Shown: positions 38,399 to 48,167 of the stretch, piece after piece | Numbering within the stretch: the first letter of the stretch is position 1 | Layout of the letters: each line of letters opens with the position of its first letter | Assembly: GCA_965242485.1 (NCBI GenBank) | Contig: CBDESM010000002.1 | Coordinates: forward strand, 25,266 to 89,265 | Direction: 5' to 3' | DNA length: 64,000 nucleotides | DNA from: Dehalococcoidia bacterium | GTDB taxonomy: Bacteria; Chloroflexota; Dehalococcoidia; Bin125 | The notes under the pieces: generated by a model | The model's input: the letters and a program-made list of their open reading frames with translations, nothing else | What the model was told of the DNA's origin: nothing | Database searches by the model: none | Translations under genes and position numbers: made by a program

Positions 38399-38632
38399 AT
38401 GACCGACAACCGCGCGATCCTCCCGGCCGAAGATGAAATGCCCGAATACGTCGCGCCGGAAGATCCGATCTTCGTGTTCGAAGTCGAGTTCAGCGGCGAT
38501 GAGGTCGAGCAGCTCGGCCGGATGCTCCGCGACGACGGCAACCCGCTCGTCAACGACTACCTCCGCAACTTGGCGCTCGAAGCGATCCGCTCCTGGGAGC
38601 GGAAGCAACCGGCGGCCACAGTCGCGGACTAG
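38399..38632 (+). CDS. Small acidic protein, paralog 2 of 3
   Basis: MTDNRAIL...FSGDEVEQLGRMLRDDGNPLVNDYLRNLALEAIRSWERKQ. Confidence 0.45.
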   Translation: MTDNRAILPAEDEMPEYVAPEDPIFVFEVEFSGDEVEQLGRMLRDDGNPLVNDYLRNLALEAIRSWERKQPAATVAD

Positions 38633-38650
38633 TCGTCTGCTGGCCATCGC

Positions 38651-38878
38651 TTGACAGATTCACGCATGAACGCCGAGAACGCCCGGCCAGCCGCCGATGA
38701 GACCAGCCTGCTCATCGACATCCGCTTCCGGGGCGATGAAGTTCTGCGCATCGGCCGGATGCACCGCGCCGAGGCAGACGGCAAGTTCAGCGCTTTCGTC
38801 CACGATCTTGCCATGCAGGCGGTCGCCGACTGGGAAGCGGAGCAATCCGGCAAGCCCGGCGCAACCGCCGCCGACTGA
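38651..38878 (+). CDS. Small acidic protein, paralog 3 of 3
   Basis: MTDSRMNA...FRGDEVLRIGRMHRAEADGKFSAFVHDLAMQAVADWEAEQ. The C-terminal 25 aa are identical to paralog 1. Confidence 0.45.
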   Translation: MTDSRMNAENARPAADETSLLIDIRFRGDEVLRIGRMHRAEADGKFSAFVHDLAMQAVADWEAEQSGKPGATAAD

Positions 38879-38880
38879 CC

Positions 38881-39765
38881 TCAGTCCCGCCGCAACTCCA
38901 CGACGCACAGTTCGGGGCGGGCTTGCAGGCGGAAGGGGACGATGGCGGTGCCGAAGCCGCGGCTGACGACCACCTTGCCGCCGGCGACGTCGAAGGCTCC
39001 CGCGGGCTTGTGGCGGCTAGCCAGGCGCGAGTGGCGGAACGGCGCTCCGTAGCCGGGAATCGCGATTTGCCCGCCATGCGTGTGGCCGGCGAATGCCAGC
39101 GGGGGAACCGCGCCGCCGGCTTCGGCGTGGTCGAGGACGGCGTCGGGGGCGTGGGTCAGCAGAATCGTGAAGACGTCATCGTCCGGCGGCAGCGCGGCGG
39201 CGAGGTCGGCCATGCCGGCGGAGGCGTCGCCGGCGCCGGCGATGCGGACGGGTTCGCCGTTGATCTCGATCTCGCGCCATTCGTTGCGGAGCACGTGGAT
39301 GCCCGCCTCGCCCAAGCGGCTGCGGAAGGGGGCGGCGCTGATCATCCGCCGCCGGCCGGCCGAGCGTTCCCGCATCGCGCGCAGCCACTCCGCGGCGCTG
39401 CGGACGGGCGGCAGATGGTCGTGCGCTCCGAGCACGGCATGCGTCGGCGCTCGTTCCGGCAGCGACGCGAGCGCCTCCGCGGCGGCATCCCAGCCGGCCG
39501 CGGTCTCGACATAGTCGCCGGTCGCGGCGACGAAATCGAACTCCGCCCGGTCGACCGCCTCAAGGAAGCGCGCGACCGACTCGCCGTCGGCCGGGAAGTG
39601 CGTATCGCTCACGTGCAGGATGCGGAGGCCGTCGAGCGCGGGCGGAAGTCCGCGCGGGCGGACGATCCGGCGCGTCAGCTCGACCCGTTTCGATTCCCGC
39701 CATGCATATGCGGCGGCAGCCGCGCCGAGCGCGGAAAACGCTGCGAGGGCGCTGGACGGATGCAA
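38881..39765 (-). CDS. Metallophosphoesterase (calcineurin-like, YkuE-type) with N-terminal TM segment
   Basis: Motifs ILHVSDTHF, GDYVE, HDH and GHTHGGQ. Probable TTG start at 39765, directly after the AKR stop. The upstream Arg-rich part of the track ORF is rejected. Confidence 0.65.
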   Translation of the reverse strand: MHPSSALAAFSALGAAAAAYAWRESKRVELTRRIVRPRGLPPALDGLRILHVSDTHFPADGESVARFLEAVDRAEFDFVAATGDYVETAAGWDAAAEALASLPERAPTHAVLGAHDHLPPVRSAAEWLRAMRERSAGRRRMISAAPFRSRLGEAGIHVLRNEWREIEINGEPVRIAGAGDASAGMADLAAALPPDDDVFTILLTHAPDAVLDHAEAGGAVPPLAFAGHTHGGQIAIPGYGAPFRHSRLASRHKPAGAFDVAGGKVVVSRGFGTAIVPFRLQARPELCVVELRRD

Positions 39766-39767
39766 GT

Positions 39768-40721
39768 TCAGCCGCCGAGGATCCGGTCGACCTGCTCCAT
39801 CTCGTCCGCGTCGAGGCGCCAGGCTTCGGTCGCGGACGCGTTGGCCGCGACCTGCTCCGGCGAGGTCGCGCCGGCGATCACGGAGGAGACGGCGGGATCG
39901 GTGGCGAGCCAGCACAGGGCGAGTTCGAGGATCGTGCGGCCGCGCTCGCCGGCGAAGGCTTCGAGCGCCTCCAGCTTGTCGAAGTTCACCTCGGCCGTCA
40001 GCGCGTCGATCCGGCCGGGCATGCGCTCGCGCCAGGCGCGCAGGCGCGTGCCCTCGGGCAGCTCCGCGCCGCGCCGGTACTTGCCGGTGAGGAAGCCCGA
40101 CGCGAGCGGGAAGAAGGGCAGCTGGCCGAGCCCGAACTTGCGGCAGGCCGGCATGATCTCGGGCTCGATCTTGCGCTCGAGCAGGCTCCACTCGTTCTGG
40201 GCCGAGACGAACCGCGCCAGCCCGCGCGTCCGCGACGTCCAGTCGGCGTCGGCGATCTGCCAGCCGGAGAAGTTGGAGTGGCCGATGTAGCGGACGAGGC
40301 CGCGCCGGACGAGGTTGTCGAGCGTTTCCAAGGTCTCCTCGATCGGCGTGCGCGGATCCGGCTGGTGCATCTGGTAGACGTCGATGTAGTCGGTGCCGAG
40401 CCGGTTGAGCGAGCGCGTGACCGCAGCCTCGATGTACTTGCGCGAGCCGCCCTGCGTATGCGGCCCCTCGCCCGTGGACATGCCGAACTTGGTCGCGATC
40501 AGTACCTCGTCGCGGCGCGAGCCCAGCGCCTTGCCGAGGTACTCCTCCGAGAGGCCGCCGCCGTAGATGTCGGCCGTGTCGAAGAAGTTGATCCCCGCGT
40601 CCAGCGCCGCGTTGACCACGGCTTCGCTGCCCGCGTAGTCGAGCCGCATCCCGAAGTTGTTCGTCCCCAGCCCCGCCACCGAGACTTCCAGCCCCGAGTT
40701 CCCCAGCCGCCGAAATTCCAT
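39768..40721 (-). CDS. Aldo/keto reductase
   Basis: AKR signatures (FDTADIYG, GHSNFSGWQ, and the C-terminal IAGATSPEQV region). Confidence 0.85.
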   Translation of the reverse strand: MEFRRLGNSGLEVSVAGLGTNNFGMRLDYAGSEAVVNAALDAGINFFDTADIYGGGLSEEYLGKALGSRRDEVLIATKFGMSTGEGPHTQGGSRKYIEAAVTRSLNRLGTDYIDVYQMHQPDPRTPIEETLETLDNLVRRGLVRYIGHSNFSGWQIADADWTSRTRGLARFVSAQNEWSLLERKIEPEIMPACRKFGLGQLPFFPLASGFLTGKYRRGAELPEGTRLRAWRERMPGRIDALTAEVNFDKLEALEAFAGERGRTILELALCWLATDPAVSSVIAGATSPEQVAANASATEAWRLDADEMEQVDRILGG

Positions 40722-40800
40722 GTCGCCCTCCGTTCGCTCCCCGAAATCTTATCGCCCCGTTCCTCCCGGGCGGGCGCATAGAATGGGCGCGGGGGACGCG

Positions 40801-41205
40801 ATGGCAAGCTACGCCGGCAGTTTTCGGAATGGCGCCGCGGATGCAGCGGCGTTCGACCGGGCCGAACGGGCGGAGCGCTGGCTGCCGGTGCTCAGGGAGT
40901 ACCAAGCCGAACGGGCCGCGGCGCTCGGCGTACAGCCGCGTCCCGATCCCGATCTGCTGCTGATGATCGATGAAGCGCCCGAAGAAGCGTCCGTTGACGA
41001 TCTGCGCGAGCAGGTCGACCTCGCGCTCAGCTGGCCGGCGAGCCTGCCTCCGCCCAGCCCGCGCGTGTTCTACCAGATGCCCGGCTTCGGTCTCGGCTTC
41101 GGTTCCACCGCCATGTGGATCACCGACTGGATCGACTATTGCGCGCTATGGCTGCTCAGGCGGCGATTGCCGCCGCGACCACCAGCACGGCCTCGACTGC
41201 TGTGA
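40801..41205 (+). CDS. Hypothetical protein
   Basis: ORF from Met 40801 (MASYAGSFRNG...). Moderate composition, no domain recognised. Confidence 0.3.
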   Translation: MASYAGSFRNGAADAAAFDRAERAERWLPVLREYQAERAAALGVQPRPDPDLLLMIDEAPEEASVDDLREQVDLALSWPASLPPPSPRVFYQMPGFGLGFGSTAMWITDWIDYCALWLLRRRLPPRPPARPRLL

Positions 41206-41669
41206 GTGTGCTCGCGATTTTCAGCTTGGCGAGGTGGGCGGCGAATGCGGACTGATTGGCCCTGAGCGCCGCCGCCCGTTCTCTTGCCACCCATGCCCGC
41301 ACGACCGCCTCAGAGTGCCGGTCGGCGCGCGCCTCGAGCGCGCGGCTGTCGGGTCCGCTTCGCCACTCGCCGGGGGCGAGCACAGATACCCCGTACCCGG
41401 CAATCATGAGATAGATGGCGCCGACTGCCACGAGCAAGCCGATGTCCTGCGGCGCCGAAAGCCCTGCCTCCGGAATCGCCGACAGATGGAAGCCGACGAG
41501 CGCCGTTGAAATCGTGAGGACGACGGCGGCTCCGATACGGACGGCGGAAAAGCAGCCCGCTCAGTTCGTCTGCGGCCCACTTGCCCGCGATCAGGAACGG
41601 GTGATCGGGGCCGATCCCGTCCGTCGGATCGCCCTCGTCCGGCACGGACCCCGCGCCCCGTTGCGGCCG

Positions 41670-43325
41670 CTAGCGCTGGAGCCAGCCGAACTGCTGCTTG
41701 CGGCGCTGGGCCTTGGTCGAGATCTCGACGTTGATCAGCGTCGAGCCTTCCTGGGCGAAGCTGTCGTCCAGCGCCGCTTCCAGCTCTTCGGGGCTCTGGC
41801 AGTAGTAGCCCTTGCCGCCGAAGGCTTCCATGATCCGCTCGTAGTGCGCGCGCGGCACCAGCTGGTTGGGCGGCGGCGGGCCCTCCGCCGGCAGCTCGTC
41901 CTGGCCGCCGCCGATCCCGTTGTTGTTGAAGATGATCCAGGTGATCGGCAGCTTGTGCCGCACCGCCGTCTCCACCTCGCCCGGGCCGAACCCGAAGGCG
42001 GCGTCGCCCTCCAGCGCGATGACCCGCTTGCCGGGGTTGCAGACCTGCGCCGCCAGCGCGAAGCCGGGGCCCACGCCCATCGTGCCCCAGGTCCCCGCGT
42101 CCAGCCGCGAGCGCGGCTCGTAGGACTGGATCACCTGCCGCGCGATCGCCATCGTGTTCTCGCCCTCGGTCACGAAGATCGCGTCCCGCGGCAGCCGGTC
42201 GTCGATCTCCTTCAGCGGCCGGTAGTAGTTCATCGGCGCCTCGTCCGACGCCATCCACTCCCCCTGCTCCTTCGCCTTGCGGTCGATCTCCGCCTCGATC
42301 GAGGCCACCCACTCGGTCGTGTCCTCGAACCGCCACGGGTTCTCGTCCAGGTACTCGTTCAGCTGCCCCATCACCGCCTTGCCGTCGCCGACCAGCGCCA
42401 CCTCCGTCGGCACGTTGGTGCCGATCTCCTCCGGCTCGATGTCGAGCTGGATCACGCGCACGTCCTCGCGGAAGCGCGGCGGCAGCCCGAAGTGCAGGAT
42501 CCAGTTGAAGCGCGCGCCCAGCAGCACCACCAGGTCGGCGTTCTTGAGCACGTGCGTCCGCGCCGCCGCCGCGTTGCCCGGCGCGTCCGCCGGCACCACG
42601 CCCGCGCCCATCGGCGTCGACAGCCAAGGGATGCCGGTCTTGTCGACGAACTCGCGCACTTCCTGCTCGGCCCGCGACCAGGCCATCCCCTTGCCCACGA
42701 TCACCAGCGGGTTCGACGCCGTCTTCAGCGCCTCGATCGCCTGCTCGACGTTCTCCGAGGAGACCATCGGCCGCGCCGGCTCCGGCACCCGCTCCTCCCA
42801 TTGCACCTCGTCCTCGTCCACCACCGCGTCGATCACGTCGCCCGGCAGATCGAGGTAGACCGGGCCCGGGCGCCCGTTGATCGAGCTGCGCACGGCCTGC
42901 GCGATCAGCCTCGGGATCAGCCGTGCGTCGCGCGCCTGGTCGGCCCATTTCACGAACGGCTTCGCCGCCTCCACCTGGGGCGCGTCCTGGAAATCGCCGC
43001 GCGCCGAGAGCGACACGTTCGCCGCGCCGCCGATCAGCAGCATCGGCCAGCAGTTCGCCTCCGCGTTGCCCAGCGCCGAGATCGCGTTGGTCATGCCCGG
43101 CCCGGAGACGACGAGGGCGGCCGAGATGCGCCCGTTCATGTAGGCCGCCGCCTGCGCCGCGTAGCCCGCCGCCTGCTCGTGGCGCACCCCGATGAAGCGC
43201 TTGCCCTCCTGCATCCAAGCGATCGAGATCGGCACCACCGGCACCCCGACCAGCCCGAACATCTCCTCCACGCCCTGCTGCTTCAGCGCCTTCGCCGTGA
43301 TCTGCGCACCGGTCAACTCAGCCAT
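41670..43325 (-). CDS. TPP-dependent oxalyl-CoA decarboxylase / 2-hydroxyacyl-CoA lyase family enzyme
   Basis: GGGAGAG RBS then Met 43325 (MAELTGAQI...). Collinear with Oxc/HACL: GVPVVPI, GVRHEQAAGYAA, GPGxTN, GARFNW, FVTEGENT, and the TPP motif GDAAFGFGPGE...NNNG. Confidence 0.85.
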   Translation of the reverse strand: MAELTGAQITAKALKQQGVEEMFGLVGVPVVPISIAWMQEGKRFIGVRHEQAAGYAAQAAAYMNGRISAALVVSGPGMTNAISALGNAEANCWPMLLIGGAANVSLSARGDFQDAPQVEAAKPFVKWADQARDARLIPRLIAQAVRSSINGRPGPVYLDLPGDVIDAVVDEDEVQWEERVPEPARPMVSSENVEQAIEALKTASNPLVIVGKGMAWSRAEQEVREFVDKTGIPWLSTPMGAGVVPADAPGNAAAARTHVLKNADLVVLLGARFNWILHFGLPPRFREDVRVIQLDIEPEEIGTNVPTEVALVGDGKAVMGQLNEYLDENPWRFEDTTEWVASIEAEIDRKAKEQGEWMASDEAPMNYYRPLKEIDDRLPRDAIFVTEGENTMAIARQVIQSYEPRSRLDAGTWGTMGVGPGFALAAQVCNPGKRVIALEGDAAFGFGPGEVETAVRHKLPITWIIFNNNGIGGGQDELPAEGPPPPNQLVPRAHYERIMEAFGGKGYYCQSPEELEAALDDSFAQEGSTLINVEISTKAQRRKQQFGWLQR

Positions 43326-43436
43326 GAGGCACTCTCCCCAGAATCGTCGCGGGTAGACCCGCAGGCTAGCCCACAACCCGATCACGCGCCCGCGGCGGCG
43401 GCTCGAACCCGGCGGAGGCCTGCAAAGCGGGCGGCC

Positions 43437-45326
43437 TCAGCCGCCTTCGGGATCCATCCAGCGCGATGACGGCCACTCGAGCGGCTCCGGGGATTCGAGG
43501 ACGATCGTGTTGCTCACGGCCGCCGGGAGATTTCCGGAGCTGGGGGCATTCAGGTCGAACGATGGCTCCACCTCGATGAGATCGCCCCATCGTCCCGGCG
43601 ATACCCACGGCTGGACCGCCACGCGAACGCGATCTCCGTCAAGCCGCCAGGCCAGCCGGTGGTACAGGTTCCACGCAATTTCATCAGTGTTCCGGAACCG
43701 TGGAAACAGGCTGTACCATTTCCCGTACGTCCAGTCCCCACCATCAGGGGACGGACTGATTTGCACCATCCCTTCCCTGGCCCATCTTCCCCATGACTTC
43801 AATTCCTGTACGTACAACGTTCGCCAGCCCGAACCGCCCGGACGGGCGGGCCACCAAGCGACGCGGATCGTCGAGATCGGCGGATGCTGCCGCGGCTGGT
43901 AGCAATCCGCCGGAGTGAGCCCGTCGTCAGCGCGATCCTGCCTCGATGCCGGAGTGACCTCCAACATCGCGCCGGGACCCAAGTCGCGATCTTCCGCCGG
44001 CCACGGAACCGCCAAGCGCACGATCGAGGACAGATACAGGCCAGGCTGGCGCGGCACTATTTGGCTGGCCGGATGAACCCGCTCCCCCCAAGCCTCGACT
44101 CGGCCAACCAGTCCCAGCTGGACGGCCACGCGTACGCCGCTCGCGCTTTCGTTCCGGGCCGCGATCCGTACCGGTACAAGGGTCTGGTGCCATGAATATT
44201 TGCAGGTCCTGGCGGTGATCGGCCAGACGTAGTGCTCTTCGGTAACCCGCCAACCGACTGCCTCCAGCGGCAAGTGGGCGTGCCGCTTCCCGGGTTCCCA
44301 AATCCCTCCCGGATTCCGATACTGCAATTGCAGTGCCGTGCCGCCGTCCTCATCAACCAACGCCGCGACCCGCACATCCAAGAACCGTCCCGCGGCCAAC
44401 ACCTCGGCATCCGTCGCCCCGCCGATCTCTTCCACAGCGGACGCGGAGTCATCCGTCTCCGTCGTGCCCTCGTCGTTCGTGCCCGACGACGCCACGTTCG
44501 ACGATCCGGAAGATGCCGGATCCGCCTCTGACCCTTCTTCCTCGCCGGTGCCCACGGTCCCGCCATTCCTCTCTTCATCCGACGATTCGGCGGCGGTATC
44601 CGCCGCCGGTTCGGGACCACTCGACCCTGTCGCTTCCTCGTCGCCCGGCCCCGAACTGCCGTCGGCAGATTCCGATGCGTCGTCCGTCGATTCGGAAGGC
44701 GCGGGACTCTCTTCCGATCCTTCCTCGTCGGTTCCTGCAGCGCCCTCGTCTGGCACGCTGCTTCCGTCCTCATCAGACGGTTCGCCGGCGGCACCCGATT
44801 CTTCGGCCGGCGGTGCGGACTCCTCCGCCTCAGGAGTTTCCGCGGCGCCCTCGGCCGACGACGGCTTTTCCCCTGCTTCCTCGTCCCTGGAATCCGGCCG
44901 CGGCACGCTCAGCACGGATGAATACCGCCAGCCCTCGACCGACGACTGCAATACCCGCGCCCGTGGATGCTGCGACTCTCCCCAAGACCCCGAATCCGTC
45001 CGAACCTGCAGCGCCAGCCGCACTCCGCGCGCGATGCGGAGCACCGCTCCGCGCACTTCCACGCCCGAGACGGTCACCGGCGATGAGTACTTCCACCCCT
45101 CCACGCCGACGGGCAGATACCGCCCCGACGGCAGCACCGGCTCGCCCCAAGCACCCGGCGCATCGCGCCCCTGCAGCGCCAATTCCACCCGCCCATCCGC
45201 CAAATTCTGCGCCCCGACCCGGACCTCGACCGCCTCCTGCGCCCAGACGCCGACCACGGCGGCAACCAGCACGACCAGCCCCGCCGCCAACCCGCACACC
45301 GCCGCCCATGGTCCCGAACGCCTCAT
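43437..45326 (-). CDS. Secreted hypothetical protein with acidic Ser/Glu/Asp-rich linker
   Basis: Signal peptide. The N-terminal module (VEVRVGAQNLADGRVELALQGRDAPGAWGEPVLP) is repeated and is shared with the neighbouring gene. Confidence 0.5.
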   Translation of the reverse strand: MRRSGPWAAVCGLAAGLVVLVAAVVGVWAQEAVEVRVGAQNLADGRVELALQGRDAPGAWGEPVLPSGRYLPVGVEGWKYSSPVTVSGVEVRGAVLRIARGVRLALQVRTDSGSWGESQHPRARVLQSSVEGWRYSSVLSVPRPDSRDEEAGEKPSSAEGAAETPEAEESAPPAEESGAAGEPSDEDGSSVPDEGAAGTDEEGSEESPAPSESTDDASESADGSSGPGDEEATGSSGPEPAADTAAESSDEERNGGTVGTGEEEGSEADPASSGSSNVASSGTNDEGTTETDDSASAVEEIGGATDAEVLAAGRFLDVRVAALVDEDGGTALQLQYRNPGGIWEPGKRHAHLPLEAVGWRVTEEHYVWPITARTCKYSWHQTLVPVRIAARNESASGVRVAVQLGLVGRVEAWGERVHPASQIVPRQPGLYLSSIVRLAVPWPAEDRDLGPGAMLEVTPASRQDRADDGLTPADCYQPRQHPPISTIRVAWWPARPGGSGWRTLYVQELKSWGRWAREGMVQISPSPDGGDWTYGKWYSLFPRFRNTDEIAWNLYHRLAWRLDGDRVRVAVQPWVSPGRWGDLIEVEPSFDLNAPSSGNLPAAVSNTIVLESPEPLEWPSSRWMDPEGG

Positions 45327-45356
45327 CCCGAAGAGCCTAGCCCTCCCTGCATCCGC

Positions 45357-47243
45357 TTATGGACAGCGCACGACGAGCTCCTGGCCGACCTCGATGAAGC
45401 CATTGCCGATTTCGGGATTGAGTGCGCGCAACTGCTCCGGCGTCAGGCCGTACCGCGCTGCAATACCGAACGCCGTGTCGCCAACCGCCACCACGTAGAT
45501 GCAGTCCCCCTGCGCCGCCACGACTGTTGGCAGCCCCAGCCGCTCGGTCACAGCCGCCGCGCCTGTTCCGCCGCCAACCGGCCGCAAGGGGGATGCACCC
45601 GCGACATCCACGCCATGCAGCCTCGCATCCGCCCGCGCCCGCACTCCATTGAAGCCGGGCACGTACCGCTCCCACAGCATCAGGATCGTCGCCGCATACT
45701 CCCGCCCGTGTCCGTCCCATCGCCGATATGAGCGATCCGCTTCCGCATCCAGCAATGCATGCACGGTCTCGTGCAGCACCGTTGCCGCGTTCCGGCCTCC
45801 TGGTCCGAGCCGGATCTGGCGGAATCGATGGACATACTCCGAACCGTCGGCATCCACCTCCCGCACGCGGGGAGCTGGGCGTTGCCTGCCCATTATGTCG
45901 GCGAAGACTCCATTCACGATCGACTGGGCAGCGGCGACCGTGATCTCCTCGCCCAATTCCGCCGGCAGCAGATTCGCTTCTATCTGCCGCTCCCAGTCAT
46001 AAACCTGGTACTGCTGCGGATCGTCTTGCTCGAACGGCACCCCCGCCCGTTCTGCGAACCCGACCGGGATCAGTCGTCCGTCGTCCTCGCAGTCACTCCA
46101 CCCGCCCGGCCGCGCCCAGACCGCGGAGAATCCGCGCACCACGACGAAGAAGTCGCATTGGCTCTCAGCTGAGCCCAGCGGCGAGGAAACGCGCAGCACC
46201 CCGTTGCCCGGACTGATGGTGAAGCGCGCTTCCGCGGGCGGTGCCGTCTCAAAGTCACTCGCCGCATCATTCGCCGAGTCGGGCAACCCGAGTAGTTGGC
46301 GAACGCGGACAATCACGCCGCTGTCGCGGCGAACGGGAGCGGCCGGCGCTGCCGGCGCGACCAGCACGCCTAATCTGCGCGCCTGTCGCCTCGCCTCAAC
46401 TGCATCGAATCCCGGCACATAGCGCTCATGAACAGCGAGCACTTGCGCCGCCAGCTCGGGGCCCGACCACTCGAATTCGTCTTGCTCATCGGATGCCGCG
46501 GTCAACTGGTATGCAATCGAGTTAAGCGCCCAAGCTGGCGAGAACGACTCCAGGCCGGTCAAAATTTCGCCCTCCGCGAAATCGTGCAGCGTGACCGTGC
46601 GATCCGCTTCATAGACAACCGCGGGCGGACGCGCCGATGTTGGCAGGAAGTCTTGGTACGCGTACGCCACCAACGCCTCGAATTCCGCCAGCGTGAGGTC
46701 GTCACCGCCCAGCTCGCCCGCCCTCTCCCCGACGCGCAGCAGCCAATCACTGACATGCTCGGCTTGAGGATCCTCAGGGTCGAGGGGAACCTGGCCATCG
46801 CTCAGCACCAACAGCGGCTCGCGGATGTCGGCGCCGTCGCAGAATTCGCCCGCTCGCGCGCTGAACCAAACCACGGGCGACCGCTCGGACCGATACATGA
46901 ATGCGAAGTTGCAGCGGGTTTCGGCGATCGGCGCAGGCGTCGCGTAAATCGATTCCGCCGTCACGCGGAACTCGACCACGCCGTCTGTCGCGGACGGGCG
47001 CACCCCGACCGGGCTCGAAAACGTCCAGCTGCGGCTGCGCGAATCCACGACGTTCGAGGCCGGCTCGACCACGTCGCCCCACGCTCCATCTGCCTGTCGT
47101 TGCTGCAAGCCGACTTCGAAGCGGCTTGACGAGAGCCAACGTGCCGCGATCCGCACCTCCTCAACCCCACTCGAGCTCGAAACCACTGCAAGCCCAGCGG
47201 CACCGATGACGACCCCGGCCAGCAACGCAAACAAGATCTTCAC
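45357..47243 (-). CDS. Secreted protein with HExxH metalloprotease-like motif and C-terminal LysM domain
   Basis: Signal peptide MKILFALLAGVVIGAAGLAVV. HETVHAL. C-terminal LysM (CIYVVAVGDTAFGIAARYGLTPEQLRALNPEIGNGFIEVGQELVV). The N-terminal module is paralogous to 43437-45326. Confidence 0.6.
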   Translation of the reverse strand: MKILFALLAGVVIGAAGLAVVSSSSGVEEVRIAARWLSSSRFEVGLQQRQADGAWGDVVEPASNVVDSRSRSWTFSSPVGVRPSATDGVVEFRVTAESIYATPAPIAETRCNFAFMYRSERSPVVWFSARAGEFCDGADIREPLLVLSDGQVPLDPEDPQAEHVSDWLLRVGERAGELGGDDLTLAEFEALVAYAYQDFLPTSARPPAVVYEADRTVTLHDFAEGEILTGLESFSPAWALNSIAYQLTAASDEQDEFEWSGPELAAQVLAVHERYVPGFDAVEARRQARRLGVLVAPAAPAAPVRRDSGVIVRVRQLLGLPDSANDAASDFETAPPAEARFTISPGNGVLRVSSPLGSAESQCDFFVVVRGFSAVWARPGGWSDCEDDGRLIPVGFAERAGVPFEQDDPQQYQVYDWERQIEANLLPAELGEEITVAAAQSIVNGVFADIMGRQRPAPRVREVDADGSEYVHRFRQIRLGPGGRNAATVLHETVHALLDAEADRSYRRWDGHGREYAATILMLWERYVPGFNGVRARADARLHGVDVAGASPLRPVGGGTGAAAVTERLGLPTVVAAQGDCIYVVAVGDTAFGIAARYGLTPEQLRALNPEIGNGFIEVGQELVVRCP

Positions 47244-47365
47244 GGAACACCTCCAGATCGGTGCGGAAACCGGGGCGAGTCTCGCACGGCTGAAGCCGCA
47301 TCATCCGCCCGCCGGCGCCCGCAACGCCACACGCCGTAACCGCGGCCGATCGACGTCGATGACTT

Positions 47366-48163
47366 TCAGACCAGCCGCCAGCCGGAGCGTTGCCAGAGGT
47401 TCCTTGCTTCGGCGTGCAGGGTTGGGGTTCCGGCGATCAGGCCGCGCACGGACGGTTCCGGCTGGTTGAAGCGCAGGGCGCGGCCTTCCAAGTCCGTCAC
47501 TTCCGCGCCGGCGGCGGCGAGCAGGGCCGCGCCGGCGGCTACGTCCCACTCGCTCCGATGCCCCGCCGTGAACAGCAGGTTGCCCGTTCCCGTGGCCAGC
47601 AGGGCCATGCGGTAGGCGATGGAGCCGACGGGCATCAGCTTGGTGCCTTCGGGCACGGGCGGCAGGTCGCCCCAGCGCCATTCGCCGCGGCCGGCCAGCA
47701 TGAAGCCCTCCGCGAGCGATTGCGCCGCATCCAGCCGGAACCCGTCTCCGCCGCCGCCCGCCGCCGCGCCGTACAGCTCGTCCGTGGCCGGGTTGTAGAC
47801 GGCGCCGGCCGCGGCTTCCCCGTCCACGGCGAGGCCGATCGAGACGGCGTATTCGGGCACGCCGCTCAGGAATTCCCGCGTCCCGTCCAGCGGATCCACG
47901 ATCCAGACCCGGCGCTTGGACAGCCGCGCAGCGTCGTCCGGATGCTCCTCCGAGAGCCATCCGTCCTCCGGGAACGCGCCCAGCAGCCGTTCGCGCAGCG
48001 CCGCATCGACCTCGATGTCGGCCTCGGAGACCAGCTCCATCCCCCACTGGCCGCCGGGCTTCCAGCCATAGCGCGCGCCGCGCTCCGAGTAGCGCCGCAG
48101 GATCGCGCCGCCCGCCCGCGCCGCCTCGGCCGCCGCCTCCAGTTCCACCGCGTAGCCCGGCAA
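47366..48163 (-). CDS. Inositol monophosphatase family protein (SuhB/CysQ-like)
   Basis: VWIVDPLDGTREF and WD(x)AAG motifs. Confidence 0.8.
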   Translation of the reverse strand: MPGYAVELEAAAEAARAGGAILRRYSERGARYGWKPGGQWGMELVSEADIEVDAALRERLLGAFPEDGWLSEEHPDDAARLSKRRVWIVDPLDGTREFLSGVPEYAVSIGLAVDGEAAAGAVYNPATDELYGAAAGGGGDGFRLDAAQSLAEGFMLAGRGEWRWGDLPPVPEGTKLMPVGSIAYRMALLATGTGNLLFTAGHRSEWDVAAGAALLAAAGAEVTDLEGRALRFNQPEPSVRGLIAGTPTLHAEARNLWQRSGWRLV

Positions 48164-48167
48164 CGGC

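Noticed and set aside
41156-41437. 93-aa minus-strand ORF with hydrophobic ends
   Set aside because: It overlaps the 3' end of the 40801-41205 hypothetical and has an Ala-rich composition. Insufficient evidence.
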